Numbered from the stretch's first letter, positions 38,901 to 51,589 are shown. The stretch: 64,000 bases of DNA from Macrostomum hystrix (GCA_950097015.1 CATNEN010000038.1:13764001-13828000), one strand, 5' to 3'. A program made the numbers and translations. Notes: a model not told the origin generated them from the letters alone.

Positions 38901-41137
38901 CGAAAATGCATCTCCGTAAATGTCGAATACGTGGAGCGAGCCAGCAATCAACCTGTGGACGCATCCGGCGATAGAAGCGACAGTGACAGTGATTGGTAGC
39001 TGTAACTCGGAAATCGTATTTCATGACTATAATAATCTAGTGTATAATCGCTTATTAATTTGGTCCATCAACTCCAAACTTTCTGAAACTTTATAATTGC
39101 CTGTTCGTCTGTTTCTTTTTTTGCTGAATCAGACTAAGTTATCACCATGACGAGCATTAGTCCGGAAACTTTTGCAACACCCCTAGTATATTAGACATCT
39201 TTATTGTTTATAATATTATTGTGTATATTTTAGTAATCTTACTGATTTAAAATTCAATGCATGTAGATTCAAATCAAAAGATGTAAAATGGCTTTGCTTA
39301 TATAATTTTAAGTGTTAGCTAATCTCGTGTGCATCGCTTTATGTTATTATAGAACTTCAGCTTTTTAGGGCTGCATCGATGAAGTCCCTACATACTTCCC
39401 AGCCAACATTTATCCCAACTGACATTTCCCAACTCACTTTCTTCTCAGCCGATATTCTCCCAAATTACATTTTTCCTAACTCACTCACTTCCCAGCCAAC
39501 AGTTATCCCAACTGACATTTTCCCAACTCACTCACTTCCCAGCCAACAGTTATCCCAACTGACATTTCCCAACTCACTTTCTTCTCAGCCGATATTCTCC
39601 CAAATTACATTTTCCTAACTCACTCACTTCCCAGCCAACAGTTCTCCCAACTGACATTTTCCCAGCTGACTCACTTCCCAGCCAACAGTTATCCCAACTG
39701 ACATTTTCCCAGCTGACTTACTTCCCAGCCAACAGTTATCCCAACTGACATTTTCCCAGCTGACTCACTTCCCAGCCAACAGTTATCCCAACTGACATTT
39801 TCCCAGCTGACTCACTTCCCAGCCAACAGTTCTCCCAACTGACATTTTCACAGCTGACTCACTTCCCAGCCAACAGTTCTCCCAACTGACATTTTCCCAG
39901 CTGACTCACTTCCCAGCCAACAGTTATCCCAACTGACATTTTCCCAACTGACTCACTTCCCAGCCAACAGTTATCCCAACTGACATTTTCCCAGCTGACT
40001 CACTTCCCAGCCAACAGTTCTCCCAACTGACATTTTCCCAGCTGACTCACTTCCCAGCCAACAGTTCTCCCAACTGACATTTTCCCATCTGACTCACTTC
40101 CCAGCCAACAGTTATCCCAACTGACATTTTCCCAACTGACTCACTTCCCAGCCAACAGTTATCCCAACTGACATTTTCCCAGCTGACTCACTTCCCAGTC
40201 AACAGTTATCCCAACTGACATTTTCCCAACTCACTCACTTCCCAGTCAACAGTTATCCCAACTGACATTTTCCCAGCTGACTCACTTCCCAGCCAACAGT
40301 TATCCCAACTGACATTTTCCCAACTCACTCACTTCCCAGCCAACAGTTATCCCAACTGACATTTTCCCAGCTGACTCACTTCCCAGCCAACAGTTATCCC
40401 AACTGAAATTTTCCCAACTCACTCACTTCCCAGCCGATATTCTCCCAACTGACCTAATTCTCAGCAGAAGTTTATCCCAGCTGACCCATACCTTAACTTC
40501 CAGTCTTGCTTATAGTTGGATATTCGTAACATGTTATTTTTTCAATTTTCTAGTCTACGTATAAGCTTTGGGTCTCGGCTGTTCCTTGATAAATTCCTTG
40601 AAGACTCCCGACCGAATTCCCTTAGTTCGAGGGATCATTACTAAACTCATGCGTACCCTTGCTACCAAGCTTTCCTCTTCCCTAAATGTCTGCGCAATAT
40701 TCGGCGTCACTTCTTTAATTTAATAGCTTTTCCTCTTTTTGAGACGCGATGATACGCGAGCTGTTAACGCCACTTTATTTAGTTAGTTTTCAGTATTTAA
40801 ATACAATATCTAATACCTTCCGAGTGATTATCGCCTTGATATTATTGCATTCATGATAAATGGCTTTTTCAGCTACTGTAAGTAGTGAGCCAGCTTTTTG
40901 CCAGCATTTTATTAGTTCCAGTGTGTCATCATCGAAGCATTCATCGATCCGCAGATTATCGGCTTCATCGTCGAAGGCCGTCGCTCTTCGGGTTCCTCTG
41001 ATTCGGCTGGTGGCGGCCGTGGAAGTCGACGAACCTCCGGTAGCGGCGGAGGCGGAAGCGGCTACAAGCTGATTCCCACTGACGAGTTTGGCAGCGGAGG
41101 CCAGCGTTCGGAGAGTGCGAAATCGTTTGTGTACTGA
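32935..41137 (+). CDS. TGN46/TGOLN2- or KCT2(C5orf15)-like mucin-type I membrane protein, about 320 aa
   Basis: Exons 32935-33016 (signal peptide MKKLLVNTIICVALISQISA), 36441-36992 (Ser/Thr/Ala-rich), 37071-37216 (SNHFIVYMLVAIFLFGGLYVIYHKKQK), optional 38275-38286, 40955-41137 (IIGFIVEGRR...YKLI...FVY*). Phases match; TM and tail resemble TGN38 (HFFAYL...HNKRKIIAFVLEG...YQRL). Confidence 0.82.
34500..35942 (+). mobile_element. Decayed hAT transposon (ZMYM1/THAP12-like transposase) in intron 1 of the TGN-like gene
   Basis: QGYYGAAAM.G..GVQ...CASHCLNL (CxxH), TLCETRW, FPNTFTLLKI...ERSFS dimerisation region broken by stops and frameshifts; hAT-type right end CTAGATCCACCCCTG at 35942. Left TIR not found. 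Confidence 0.8.
37285..38062. repeat. 39-43-bp array (GGGTGTGATGGCTGATCAGAGA...), two subtypes, about 19 copies
   Basis: Read directly; starts about 70 nt after the donor at 37217. Confidence 0.93.
38437..39186 (+). mobile_element. Internally deleted mariner element, 750 bp
   Basis: 34-bp TIRs CGAGGGGTGTTGCAAAAGTTTCCGGACTAATGCT (1 mismatch) flanked by TA; transposase C-terminus HPA*SPDLTVADFHLF...GFDKLIQRYRKCI...EYVE. Confidence 0.93.
39395..40487. repeat. 47-bp array built of three related 15-16-bp TCCCA subunits, about 23 copies
   Basis: Unit CACTTCCCAGCCAACAGTTATCCCAACTGACATTTTCCCAGCTGACT. Confidence 0.95.
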
Positions 41138-41691
41138 ATGATTAGTTAAGATGTGACTGTGTGATATGTGAACTGTTATAATGAACCAGACCGCTCTGTT
41201 TTGTTTAGCTGATGCCGTTTCAGGCCCTCTCATTGCTTAAAATATCAAAAAGAAATTTCCTTTCATCCTTACTCAGTTGACGGCTCTAGTTTCTCAGCCA
41301 ATTTAACGGTATTTGCTCTGGCTTTAGTAAGCCTTTTTCGTTCAGTTTTTTTCACTTTGCAGTCTTAAAGACTTAAAAAGGTAGTTTTTCTACGCGTCAA
41401 TGCATAGCGAATGCTTTTTGCTATTTTTCTTTCACTGTAGCGTTTCTTATTTAGAACTGCTTCTTGTAAGTAACTATTTCTGATTATGCTATTATTGAAC
41501 TGTGAACTCTGCGAAGCTTGCACCTTAAACATGATTAGCAACACTAATTAGTCATTCACATTGCCATCAACGATAACAAGGCTCACACAAAATCTACATT
41601 CTTTTTAGTTACCTTTGATTTGAATCACGCAAATGTACGCCAAAATCTATTCATTTGATGGCAGTGTGTGAACGAACATCTAACCCATGCT

Positions 41692-42568
41692 CACACACCA
41701 ACCCACACTCACAACTCCACACACCAACCCACACTCACAACTCCACACACCAACCCACACTCACAACTCCACACACCAACCTACACTCACAACTCCACAC
41801 ACCAACCCACACTCACAACTCCACACACCAACCCACACTCACAACTCCACACACCAACCCACACTCACAACTCCACACACCAACCCACACTCACAACTCC
41901 ACACACCAACCTACACTCACAACTCCACACACCAACCTACACTCACAACTCCACACACCAACCCACACTCACAACTCCACACACCAACCCACACTCACAA
42001 CTCCACACACCAACCCACACTCACAACTCCACACACCAACCCACACTCACAACTCCACACACCAACCCACACTCACAACTCCACACACCAACCCACACTC
42101 ACAACTCCACATCAGCCCACACAGCAGCCCACACAGCAGCCCACACAGCAGCCCACACAGCAGCCCACACAGCTGCCCACACATCAGCCCACACAGCAGC
42201 CCACACATCAGCCAACACAGCAACGCACACAGCAACGCACACAACAGCCCACAAAACAGCCCACACAGCAGCCCACACATCAGCCCACACAGCAGCCCAC
42301 ACAGCAGCCCACACAGCTGCCCACACATCAGCCCACACAGCAGCCCACACATCAGCCAACACAGCAGCCCACACAGCAGCCCACACATCAGCCCACACAG
42401 CAGCCCACACAGCAGCCCACACAGCTGCCCACACATCAGCCCACACAGCAGCCCACACATCAGCCAACACAGCAACGCACACAGCAACGCACACAACAGC
42501 CCACACAGCAGCCCACACATCAGCCCACACAGCAGCCCACACATCAGCCCACACAGCAACGCACACAG
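41692..42568. repeat. Compound array: 26-bp (CACACCAACCCACACTCACAACTCCA) to about 42110, then 12-bp (CAGCCCACACAG)
   Basis: Read directly; abrupt switch of unit near 42110. Confidence 0.95.
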
Positions 42569-43392
42569 TAGTGCTGTAAGTGAGTCGCACTTAGTACGGG
42601 TGAAATCAAATATTTCCGTCAACTGTGCCACATTTGCTTTTATTGATGCAATTTTTTTACTATTTCGAACCTATCTGGCGTGGTGAAGCTTTCCTGTTTT
42701 GGTCACTGGTTTAATTGGCTTGGGTACTTGAATAAATTATACGAGTATTTAAATGTTACATTAACTATCGACAGTGAAGCATCGATTTAAAATTCGTCTT
42801 ACTTACGCTGGTATGATAAAAAACGCTCAATAATTCTATTTTTTCTTGTTCCTGACAAGTGCAATTGTAGATGGATGCTGGCCATTTTCGTAGAAATTGG
42901 TAGTGGAACAATTGCCTGCATTATTGTAGCAGGAAGATTGATTTTCCTGCAAACAAGGCATCTGCCCCCTCTCTACTTCACCCCCCGATTATTATTATAC
43001 TCCAAGGCTTCTGGTGCTGGATCTGTATCTAGCACAAGGGATATTACTGAAGTGTGCGCTGCCTGCCTACAGGCTAAATGATTCAGCACCTGTTTGCGCC
43101 TAATTTCATCCCACCTACTTACTATTGCTAACTGAGTAATCACTGGTCTATTCAAGGATGTTATTAGTCTCGCCCGTTAATTTTTTCGTGTATGTTGTTA
43201 CGCAAGAAACGTCAAAATATATTCAAGTTTTTTTTTAAAACAATTACTGTCCATATGTCGCAGTTTTTTTCTTTTGTTTCTTGCATCCAAAACCAGGGGA
43301 GGAGAGGGAGTATAGAACTTAGGGGGATAGAACCATACAGCTCTGAATCTAGAAACTGGAGAGACAACTCCCGGCCAAACCCCTGTTTTCCG

Positions 43393-44175
43393 GGGTCTAC
43401 GACGTTTGACTGTCAGCGAAATTCGACTGCCAGACTTTTGACTACCAGGAATTTTGACTGCCTGTGAATTGATTTCCGGTTCCATCAGACAAAAGTGCAG
43501 GGTGTGCCTCTTGAAATCTCGTACACTGTCCTCTATACTATAAACCTGACACTTCCAAAAACGGCACAAAATGATCATACTGAAAATCAGCGCCCAATAT
43601 CATAGTATCCCTGCTAAGACAACCAAACTAGCGCCTACAGTGGTCGAATCTAAACATCCTAACCATTGTCGTGAAATCGCGAGTTATTATTAACCAATAA
43701 TAATCCTGTTCACTGTACACCCTTGTGGTAATCTCCTTTTCTAACCCCGGTTATTTGCCAGCTCCACCCTTTGCTCTCCATAATCGATTTTCCCCCGTGT
43801 CCCTTTCCACTCTGACCCCTCCAGTCTAGCGTCTGCACCCACCTTGTTTTTCTCTCCCTCTGCGCTCGTTGTCGTCTGTTAACCCCCCAATGTACATCAC
43901 CCTAGGGTTTTCTTACCCTCATTTGTCTCTCCTCTCTGTACACCCTCTTCTGTGCTAGCCTATCAAATACTTGTAATATAATATGCGAGTACAGTTGATG
44001 CCCGAAGCAGGGCCGGAGTGTTTTCTAGCCTGTCAAATCATAACCTCGAAGTCTCATTTCATTAACAACCATTGACGAAGTGTGAAACTAAAATTCAGTC
44101 AAAGTCTGGCAGTCAAAATTCGCTGGCAGTCAAATGTCCGGCAGTCAAATTGTGGAAGTCAAAAGTCGGTAACCC
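43393..44175. mobile_element. Non-autonomous foldback/MITE with subterminal tandem repeats
   Basis: Left GGGTCTACGACGTTTGACT plus TTTGACTGCCAG-type repeats; right CTGGCAGTCAAA repeats ending GTCGGTAACCC; flanks GTTTTCCG / ATTTTCCG look like an 8-bp TSD with 1 mismatch. Confidence 0.7.
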
Positions 44176-44495
44176 ATTTTCCGCACCAGTGTAGGCTGAC
44201 TTGCTGTCCCGAAAATGCACTGGACACAGGATATTTTGATGGAAAACTTAAGAAAAACACTGATAACTTCCGTATGGTGCAAAATATTAATAAAAAATTT
44301 ACCTTTTTAGAAAGAGGAATAAATTCTCTACATTTTAGCTGAAGATTGTGTGTCTACCTATTTTATCTTGTCAGCTGTGCTTAAATAACCGTATGTAAAG
44401 GAAGGCAAAAAAATCTTCCAGATATGTAGTCCAAAACTTGTAATGCAGAAAAATTTTTATTTCGTTTTTCCGCTTTTTGAAACGCTTATTAGTCT

Positions 44496-44687
44496 ATTCG
44501 AATAGGTATTGATGTTGTCTACAATAAAAGCTAAATTACGAAAATATATGCATCAAAACATTCGAATAGGTATTGATGTTGTCTACAATAAAAGCTAAAT
44601 TACGAAAATATCTGCATCAAAACATTCGAATAGGTATTGATGTTGTCTACAATAAAAGCTAAATTACGAAAATATATGCATCAAAAC
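44496..44687. repeat. 64-bp tandem triplication
   Basis: ATTCGAATAGGTATTG...CATCAAAAC starting at 44496, 44560 and 44624. Confidence 0.92.
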
Positions 44688-46099
44688 TTTTAAAGTTTTC
44701 TAAGTTCTGAGTCTGCAAAATGACATTTTTTCATTTCTAAAGGTACCTCTAAGCACAGCTCACTAGCTAAATCAGGTAGACGCATTCGAAATTCGTCAAT
44801 CTAATTCTCGGTCGACTTCCCAGTAAAAAGCGAATACCTCTGTTGGCAAACTTTATCAGATTTCAAGGATTTTAAATGCATTTTTCGAAAGCCGAGCCAC
44901 CTGCTTCGGCACTCTCTTTCGATGGAGCTGCATATTTGTTAGACAGCGTTTAGACAGGCACATATATATAGAATTCCTTATCTATCTTCACTAGTCTGCT
45001 GTGTAATATGCTTCGCAGCAATTTTCTGTTGACTTTCAAAACAAGCCGGCTTTGATTAGCTACAACTATTTGTACAAGATGTACGAGCTGACTCAGCATC
45101 TCAGCATCGGCCTCTCGTCATCTACTCTGTCGACTTCCATGGGAAAGTGGCTTTGATGATTGAGCTGCCCCCTGGAGGCGCCGCTACGAGGTGTCTTCAC
45201 AGCGCCGCTTCCTTTGTTGAGAAAGCCTTTGTTTGTCTCAAGAAAACAGAAATGAGTTTTCTATGCCAATGAGCCTAGATTTATGGTCACGTGATTAAGC
45301 TACCGATGATGTGAAACAAAAGGTTATCATTTATTGAAATCAATAAAACAAGCAATGATGCTGCATCGGTTGCATCACTGATATGAGCTGGTATAAAACT
45401 TGTGGTTAGCTGTTCTCACTCAAGTGCTCATCCAGGTTTGGACCGCAATGGTTTAGGCGCCATCACTCTGGAAGCTGACAGCAAAGGCATTCGTTGACGG
45501 ATCAACAAATTTGAATGATAAAAACCGCACCTTCGCAGCAGCTAATTACCCAGTGTTCAGATTTTCAGTCCATGGACTGTGGAGTGAACTAAACCAATTT
45601 GGAAGGAAGTCTCTTGCTCAATGAGTCAAAGTTGTTTTTCTGGATGTGGTTCGAAGTCAAAACTTGTCTTTAGTTTGGGTTTCGAGGTTATGAATCACAG
45701 TGTGTGAATTACTATTATCATTAGTATGTGGGAAGGGTATGGAACTATCCTTAATGATACCTAACCTTCAAAAGTCGCGGTTACAAAATACGAAGTTAAA
45801 AATTAAAAAAAATTTTTTATTTATTCCTGTCGTGTTGACGTGTATACCCTCGAACGATTTATTAGTTTTTTACTAAATCAAATCAGTATAATTTGAGTGA
45901 AACTTTTCTGAATATGATCTAACGATAAATTAATCGTGTATATACGGCTCGTACTTAAAAAGCAAAATTAATTTAGCAAAAGACAAAACTTAAGTGAGGT
46001 CCCCACAAACTGAGATCCAAATGCAGCCTCTAGAAAACTTTAATGTACTTGGGTGTTCAAAATACGAGTAGCATTTTAAAGGGATTCAAAGATGTTTAA

Positions 46100-46585
46100 C
46101 AGTAGAAATAGCGCTTTCTACTTTGTATTGGTATATTTCAAAAGCCCATATTTTTCTGTGTCTCCCAAAAGATTGGACCAATCACCACGAAAATCCAGAA
46201 CGCAGGCGGAAATTTTCCACTCCTGATTAAGCAACTTATGGAATCACAAAACAATCGGCATCGTCAAGAAATTCAACGATTTTCGTCGGAATGTCTGGTG
46301 GCAAGAACGACAAATATAGACATTTTTCTGCCTACAAAATTTTATCATGTCGGATATCATTGTTAACTATTTTGGATTGATTAAATTGTTTTCTTTTCAT
46401 TTTTGAACCAATATGGAACCAATGAAGTTTATAGAGAGCAATGTTAGTTGTTCTTGTCACCAGGGTCTTCGACAAGAATCGGTCATTAGGTTGGGAGCTA
46501 TCGTGAAGTAGGCAGTGAGCATTTGAAATACCGCCTGTGTCTTTGCGCAGGGGAATAGCATGTTTATGCAAAATAAAACGATTTG
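46100..46585. mobile_element. TTAA-flanked MITE (Kolobok-like), copy 1
   Basis: TTAA on both sides; inverted similarity to 47387-47913 (e.g. GAATCACAAAACAATCGGCATCGTCAAGA). Confidence 0.6.
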
Positions 46586-46933
46586 TTAAATTACTCATAC
46601 AGTATTCGCAACCGAACAGGTGGGCATAAATCGCTTTTCAACTTTTAGCTATTGTGTTCTCTTGCCTTGCAGTGTCTTAGTTTCTCTGATATATGATCTC
46701 AAACAACGGAGCAGTTCAATTTATGGAGCAGTGAGCTTTCATTATCAGAGTTTTGCGATTTCGCTAGTCCAATGCGAGTTCGCTAGTTACGTATTTCACT
46801 GTTTCACTGATCACTGAGCACGTTTAGCATGAGCCTGAGGTATTTAGAGTTGACATAAAAGTAGACGATCTAAAACTATTAAAATTATAGTACTTAACAT
46901 TCATTTTTGTCACTTTCTCACAGCACTTGAGAG

Positions 46934-49590
46934 CTAGCTTGTAGTGTTCGAATAAAAAAGCAGATCCGGCACAATCTTCCGGACGTCAAAGTAGCTCTTC
47001 TCTTTCTTTTCGAGTCTCCAGCCGAGGTGCAGAAACTGATGTCGTGCCACGGTTTCGGGCCCAGTGAGGTCGCTCTTCCAGTTGCGCTCGGCGAACCGCT
47101 TGCACAGCTGCTTCGCCATCTCTTGTATGCGAATAGACGTGTTGGGTTCCGGTTTAGCCGCTAAAATGAATTTCATACAGTTTATGGTAAATAAAGGGCA
47201 CATTATTCAGCTTGCACCAATGAGGGCCAACCAAGCTCAGTCGTCAAAGTATACACTGTCTGACGATGACATAGATACGATGACATCGACATGTAGTCAA
47301 AGCTAATGTACACATGAGCGTATCCGTGTGCGTGTGTGTTCGTGCTCAGGAGTCAGCAGAATGGCCATAATTGCCACGTCGTTTAACAGTAGAAAGACCA
47401 TGTGCACTATTTTCCCTCTGGGGAGAGAACGCGGGGTATTTCAAATAATTTGCCTACTTCACGACAGCTCCCAAACCAAGTGACCGATTTTCGTTTTTTC
47501 GAATCAAAATTTTCCGCCTTTTATAACGATGCATTTACTTTCAAAGCCGTCGAAGACGTCAGCATCGTCGAGATATTCAGCGATTCTTGTCAAGTATTAG
47601 TTAAAAGTTTGAAAACTAACTATATTTTCGATACTATATACTGTCGACAATAATTTCCGTCATGGTTACATCATAAAATATTGTGAGCAGAAAAAGTATC
47701 ACTATTTTGGTGGTTTTTGCCATTGTAGAAAACCCGACGAGAATCGTTGAATATCTTGACGATGCCGATGTTTTGTGATTCTGGTCGTTTTCATCGGATA
47801 GAGCGGAAACTTTTAGCCGTTGTTCTGCATTTTTATGTCGATTGTTTGAATATTTTTAGAGATACAGAAAAAAGAAAAGTGGGTATTTAAAACACCCCCT
47901 CTTCTTTCTACCTTTAAGGATCTAGCAGCGAGCTGTTTAGCCAGGACGGCACTATAAGAAGCTTACATACGAGGGCTCGTGTGGCTTTTGGGGCGAAGCT
48001 TATCCGCAGAACGAAATGCTCAGCGCCGTGGGTTAGGCGAGCAAAAGTTACATTAAAAAAGTATATTCAAGATGCTACGAAAGAATACCAAAGAAAGAAG
48101 AGAAGTCCTTGGGCCATTGAAAACCGGTGTGAGCAAAACTCGGATTGAGAAACCGCGCGCATTTGCTTGAAAAGTTGTGCAGTTTGTCGTCAATGATTGG
48201 GCTGAACACGGGAGGCTCCAGCATCGTTACGTTGTGCGCCTTGTCAAGCTTCTGGCCCCACCATTTCTCGATGGTCTCGGTGACTAAAAACGGACCCGTT
48301 GAACCTAGGACATTGTAATGGGCTTCTTTGCCCTTCTCCATCATGGCGAAAATAAGGCGCAAAAAGAACGGATGGCCGGGCACGGAGCCCATGACGCTGT
48401 TCATTGCGCTGAAGTTCTTGCCGTGGAGCAGCACCGCGTGCTCCTTCGCCTCCTGGTCCACAAAAGCCGTCAAGTTTGACAGGCTTGGGTAGAATGGCTT
48501 AAGACATTCGACGTCCATGTCCAGATATATTCCTGCCAAGAATAGAAAAGGGAATGCTAAATTAGTCTGACTTTTTGGAGAAGTATTTTCGACAAGGAAG
48601 AATATTGAAGCACAAAGACTCCATGCAGTATACTGAGCGAAGAAAAGAAGCATGATTATTGATCGATATACAAGCTGAAATTTTAAACACTCACCACCGA
48701 AATGGTGCAGAACCATGTAGCGGATGCTGTCAGCTTTTTGCACATGAAAATTGTAAATTTTGTACGTTGGCCAGAAGAATGGATACTTGTCTTTAATAAA
48801 CTTCGCAATTTCATTGTCAGTCCACAGGTAGTACTGCCAGTCCGGGTTCAGCTTCAGGCAGCTCTCGATGAAGGGTTTGTACTCGGCGAATACTAGAGGC
48901 GTTGAAAATGTCTGGTGGATAATCTTTGGTATTAATCCGTCTTCTGTTGGAGTCCCTGACTGAGGTGCAGGAGTTTTAATTGTTTGAAGCATCTTCTGAT
49001 GGACTCGGTGTTTCATCACAAGAGTAGCAATAAACGAAGAGGTCACCTGCATGAAAAAATTGATAGCAAGTTTAAGTTGAGGAAAACTAACTTTAGCACC
49101 GAGTAGATATCCCGTGTCCATGAGTTCGCCATGGACTAGCAGGTTCAAATTGAGGAAAACTAACTTTAGCACCGAGTAGATATCCCGTGTCCATGAGTTC
49201 GCCATGGACTAGCAGGTTCAAATTGAGAAAAACTAACTTTAGCACGGAGTAGATATCCCTTATTTCACAAAAGTTGTCTATGTGTGGTCTTAAGTGTTAT
49301 ACCCAGCTGTGTCCTTCTGACCATTGTGAAGTGTGTTTTAAAATCCACATCTTTGAAAAGTCCTTCTGATTTCCTAGACAAATTAAAACGGATTTCGTTT
49401 TGTATAGAAAATAAAAATTACATCAGATGTGACCCCTGAAAGCCAAGTGACGGTACAGTGTCACTAGCCTAGTCCAGGCCCAGTACAATGTCAGTAACAG
49501 GTAAAATTTTACCAAAAACGCAGTCAGTCGAAGCAGAACCTTTGTCGATGGCATGCGTGAGTAAATCCGATTTCTGCATTTTAAAATCAT
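46934..49590 (-). CDS. GT32-family glycosyltransferase, paralog 2, about 349 aa
   Basis: Exons 49590-49513, 49046-48695, 48532-48140, 47160-46934; same exon structure and phases as paralog 1 (exons 1 and 3 identical in length); IPKIIHQT and GIYLDMD motifs. Confidence 0.88.
47211..47382 (+). mobile_element. Diverged remnant of SINE family A in last intron of GT32 paralog 2
   Basis: TGAGGGCCAACC, TACACTGTCTGACGATGA and GTGCTCAGGAGTCAGC match the SINE A body. Confidence 0.6.
47387..47913. mobile_element. TTAA-flanked MITE (Kolobok-like), copy 2
   Basis: TTAA|CAGTAGAAAGA ... TCTTTCTACCT|TTAA: short TIR with TTAA TSD. Confidence 0.68.
49077..49259. repeat. 73-bp tandem repeat, about 2.5 copies, intron 1 of GT32 paralog 2
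   Basis: Period 73; each unit has hairpin GTCCATG-N7-CATGGAC. Confidence 0.88.
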
Positions 49591-49860
49591 TTTAGGTTTG
49601 GCAATTTTAGTTTTTGCAGCTTGGTTTCAAAGTAAATTTCTTGCGTGGGGCTGAGAGGACAACTAGTACGCGTAGAAGAAAGCAAGTTATAAATACATTT
49701 TTAATGCAATTTCACCTCAATGCAATTCTTTCTGCAATTCTCGGACTGCATTCCCCCGTGCAGCACACAATTAGCACACAATGCAGATCTCTCTGAATAG
49801 AACGCAACTTCAAGAAATGCAGCATGCAAGGAAAATACCGAAGTACCGAAATCACGAAAA

Positions 49861-50778
49861 TACCTGATACCTGATTCCTGATACCTGATTCCTGATACCT
49901 GATTCCTGATACCTGATTCCTGATACCTGATTCCTGATACCTGATTCCTGATACCTGATTCCTGATACCTGATTCCTGATACCTGATTCCTGATACCTGA
50001 TTCCTGATACCTGATTCCTGATACCTGATTCCTGATACCTGATTCCTGATACCTGATTCCTGATACCTGATTCCTGATACCTGATTCCTGATACCTGATT
50101 CCTGATACCTGATTCCTGATACCTGATTCCTGATACCTGATTCCTGATACCTGATTCCTGATACCTGATTCCTGATACCTGATTCCTGATACCTGATTCC
50201 TGATACCTGATTCCTGATACCTGATTCCTGATACCTGATTCCTGATACCTGATTCCTGATACCTGATTCCTGATACCTGATTCCTGATACCTGATTCCTG
50301 ATACCTGATTCCTGATACCTGATTCCTGATACCTGATTCCTGATACCTGATTCCTGATACCTGATTCCTGATACCTGATTCCTGATACCTGATTCCTGAT
50401 ACCTGATTCCTGATACCTGATTCCTGATACCTGATTCCTGATACCTGATTCCTGATACCTGATTCCTGATACCTGATTCCTGATACCTGATTCCTGATAC
50501 CTGATTCCTGATACCTGATTCCTGATACCTGATTCCTGATACCTGATTCCTGATACCTGATTCCTGATACCTGATTCCTGATACCTGATTCCTGATACCT
50601 GATTCCTGATACCTGATTCCTGATACCTGATTCCTGATACCTGATTCCTGATACCTGATTCCTGATACCTGATTCCTGATACCTGATTCCTGATACCTGA
50701 TTCCTGATACCTGATTCCTGATACCTGATTCCTGATACCTGATTCCTGATACCTGATTCCTGATACCTGATTCCTGAT
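49861..50778. repeat. Perfect 14-bp array (CCTGATACCTGATT), about 65 copies
   Basis: Read directly; lies about 270 bp upstream of the GT32 paralog 2 start codon. Confidence 0.97.
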
Positions 50779-51589
50779 AAGTTACGGTACGGCATCATGC
50801 GGCATCATCGGTTCATCTCTTCCTGATGAACTTTCGCTCTTGTATACTCTCTATGCTTTCAATACTCTCTTGTATACACTTGAGACTCTTGAGTTGAAAG
50901 CATTTCAAAGTTTTAAGAACAGCCTTTACTCTTTTCCGGTGTTGCAATTTAGACATTAGATGCCAATTGTACAGCTTGTTTCTTACAGAAAGCAATTAAT
51001 ATACAAGCAACGACAATACGTAGCTCATTGTTCTGAATATCTGGCTCTATCAGCTGCAAGAAGACAATTGAGTTTGAGCATTGAAGCTTATTGAACTGAA
51101 CTGAAGTGCCTAAATAATAGAACGGAGCGAACTCTCCGCAGCGCGCATCGCGAGTTCAACAAGCTATTTAATTGTTTGTTGCTTTCGGTGCTTTAGTCCT
51201 GTACAGAGGCTTCAAGCAGCCTGCTCCCGGTAAATTAATGAAAAGAAATTTTACAATTGTCTGATGCAGAGCATGAATGGGCTTTGAGAGAGCATGTAGC
51301 TCGTATATAAAAAGGCTTTATACAGCAGATAATAGATTTCTTTTATAAGTGATAACAAAGCAAGGACACAAAGATATATATCTTTACGTGCTGCACAAAA
51401 AATGTGGCAAAATAACATACAATTAAGAAAAATACAATATTGTGGGTTCTTAATTCTCATTTATGTCTATATTGCATTCTTTAGAATTCTTTCAATCAGC
51501 AATTCGTGCTTCTGTTTATGCGTAAAGCTCATTTTTATAAACATTCGATTATTGGATGCATGTCGAAGAATCATTGGATGGCCTAGCGA

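Noticed and set aside
48075-49205. 376-aa single ORF as the GT32 protein
   Set aside because: Starts in the 73-bp intronic repeat and reads through an intron; the true first exon at 49590-49513 matches paralog 1.
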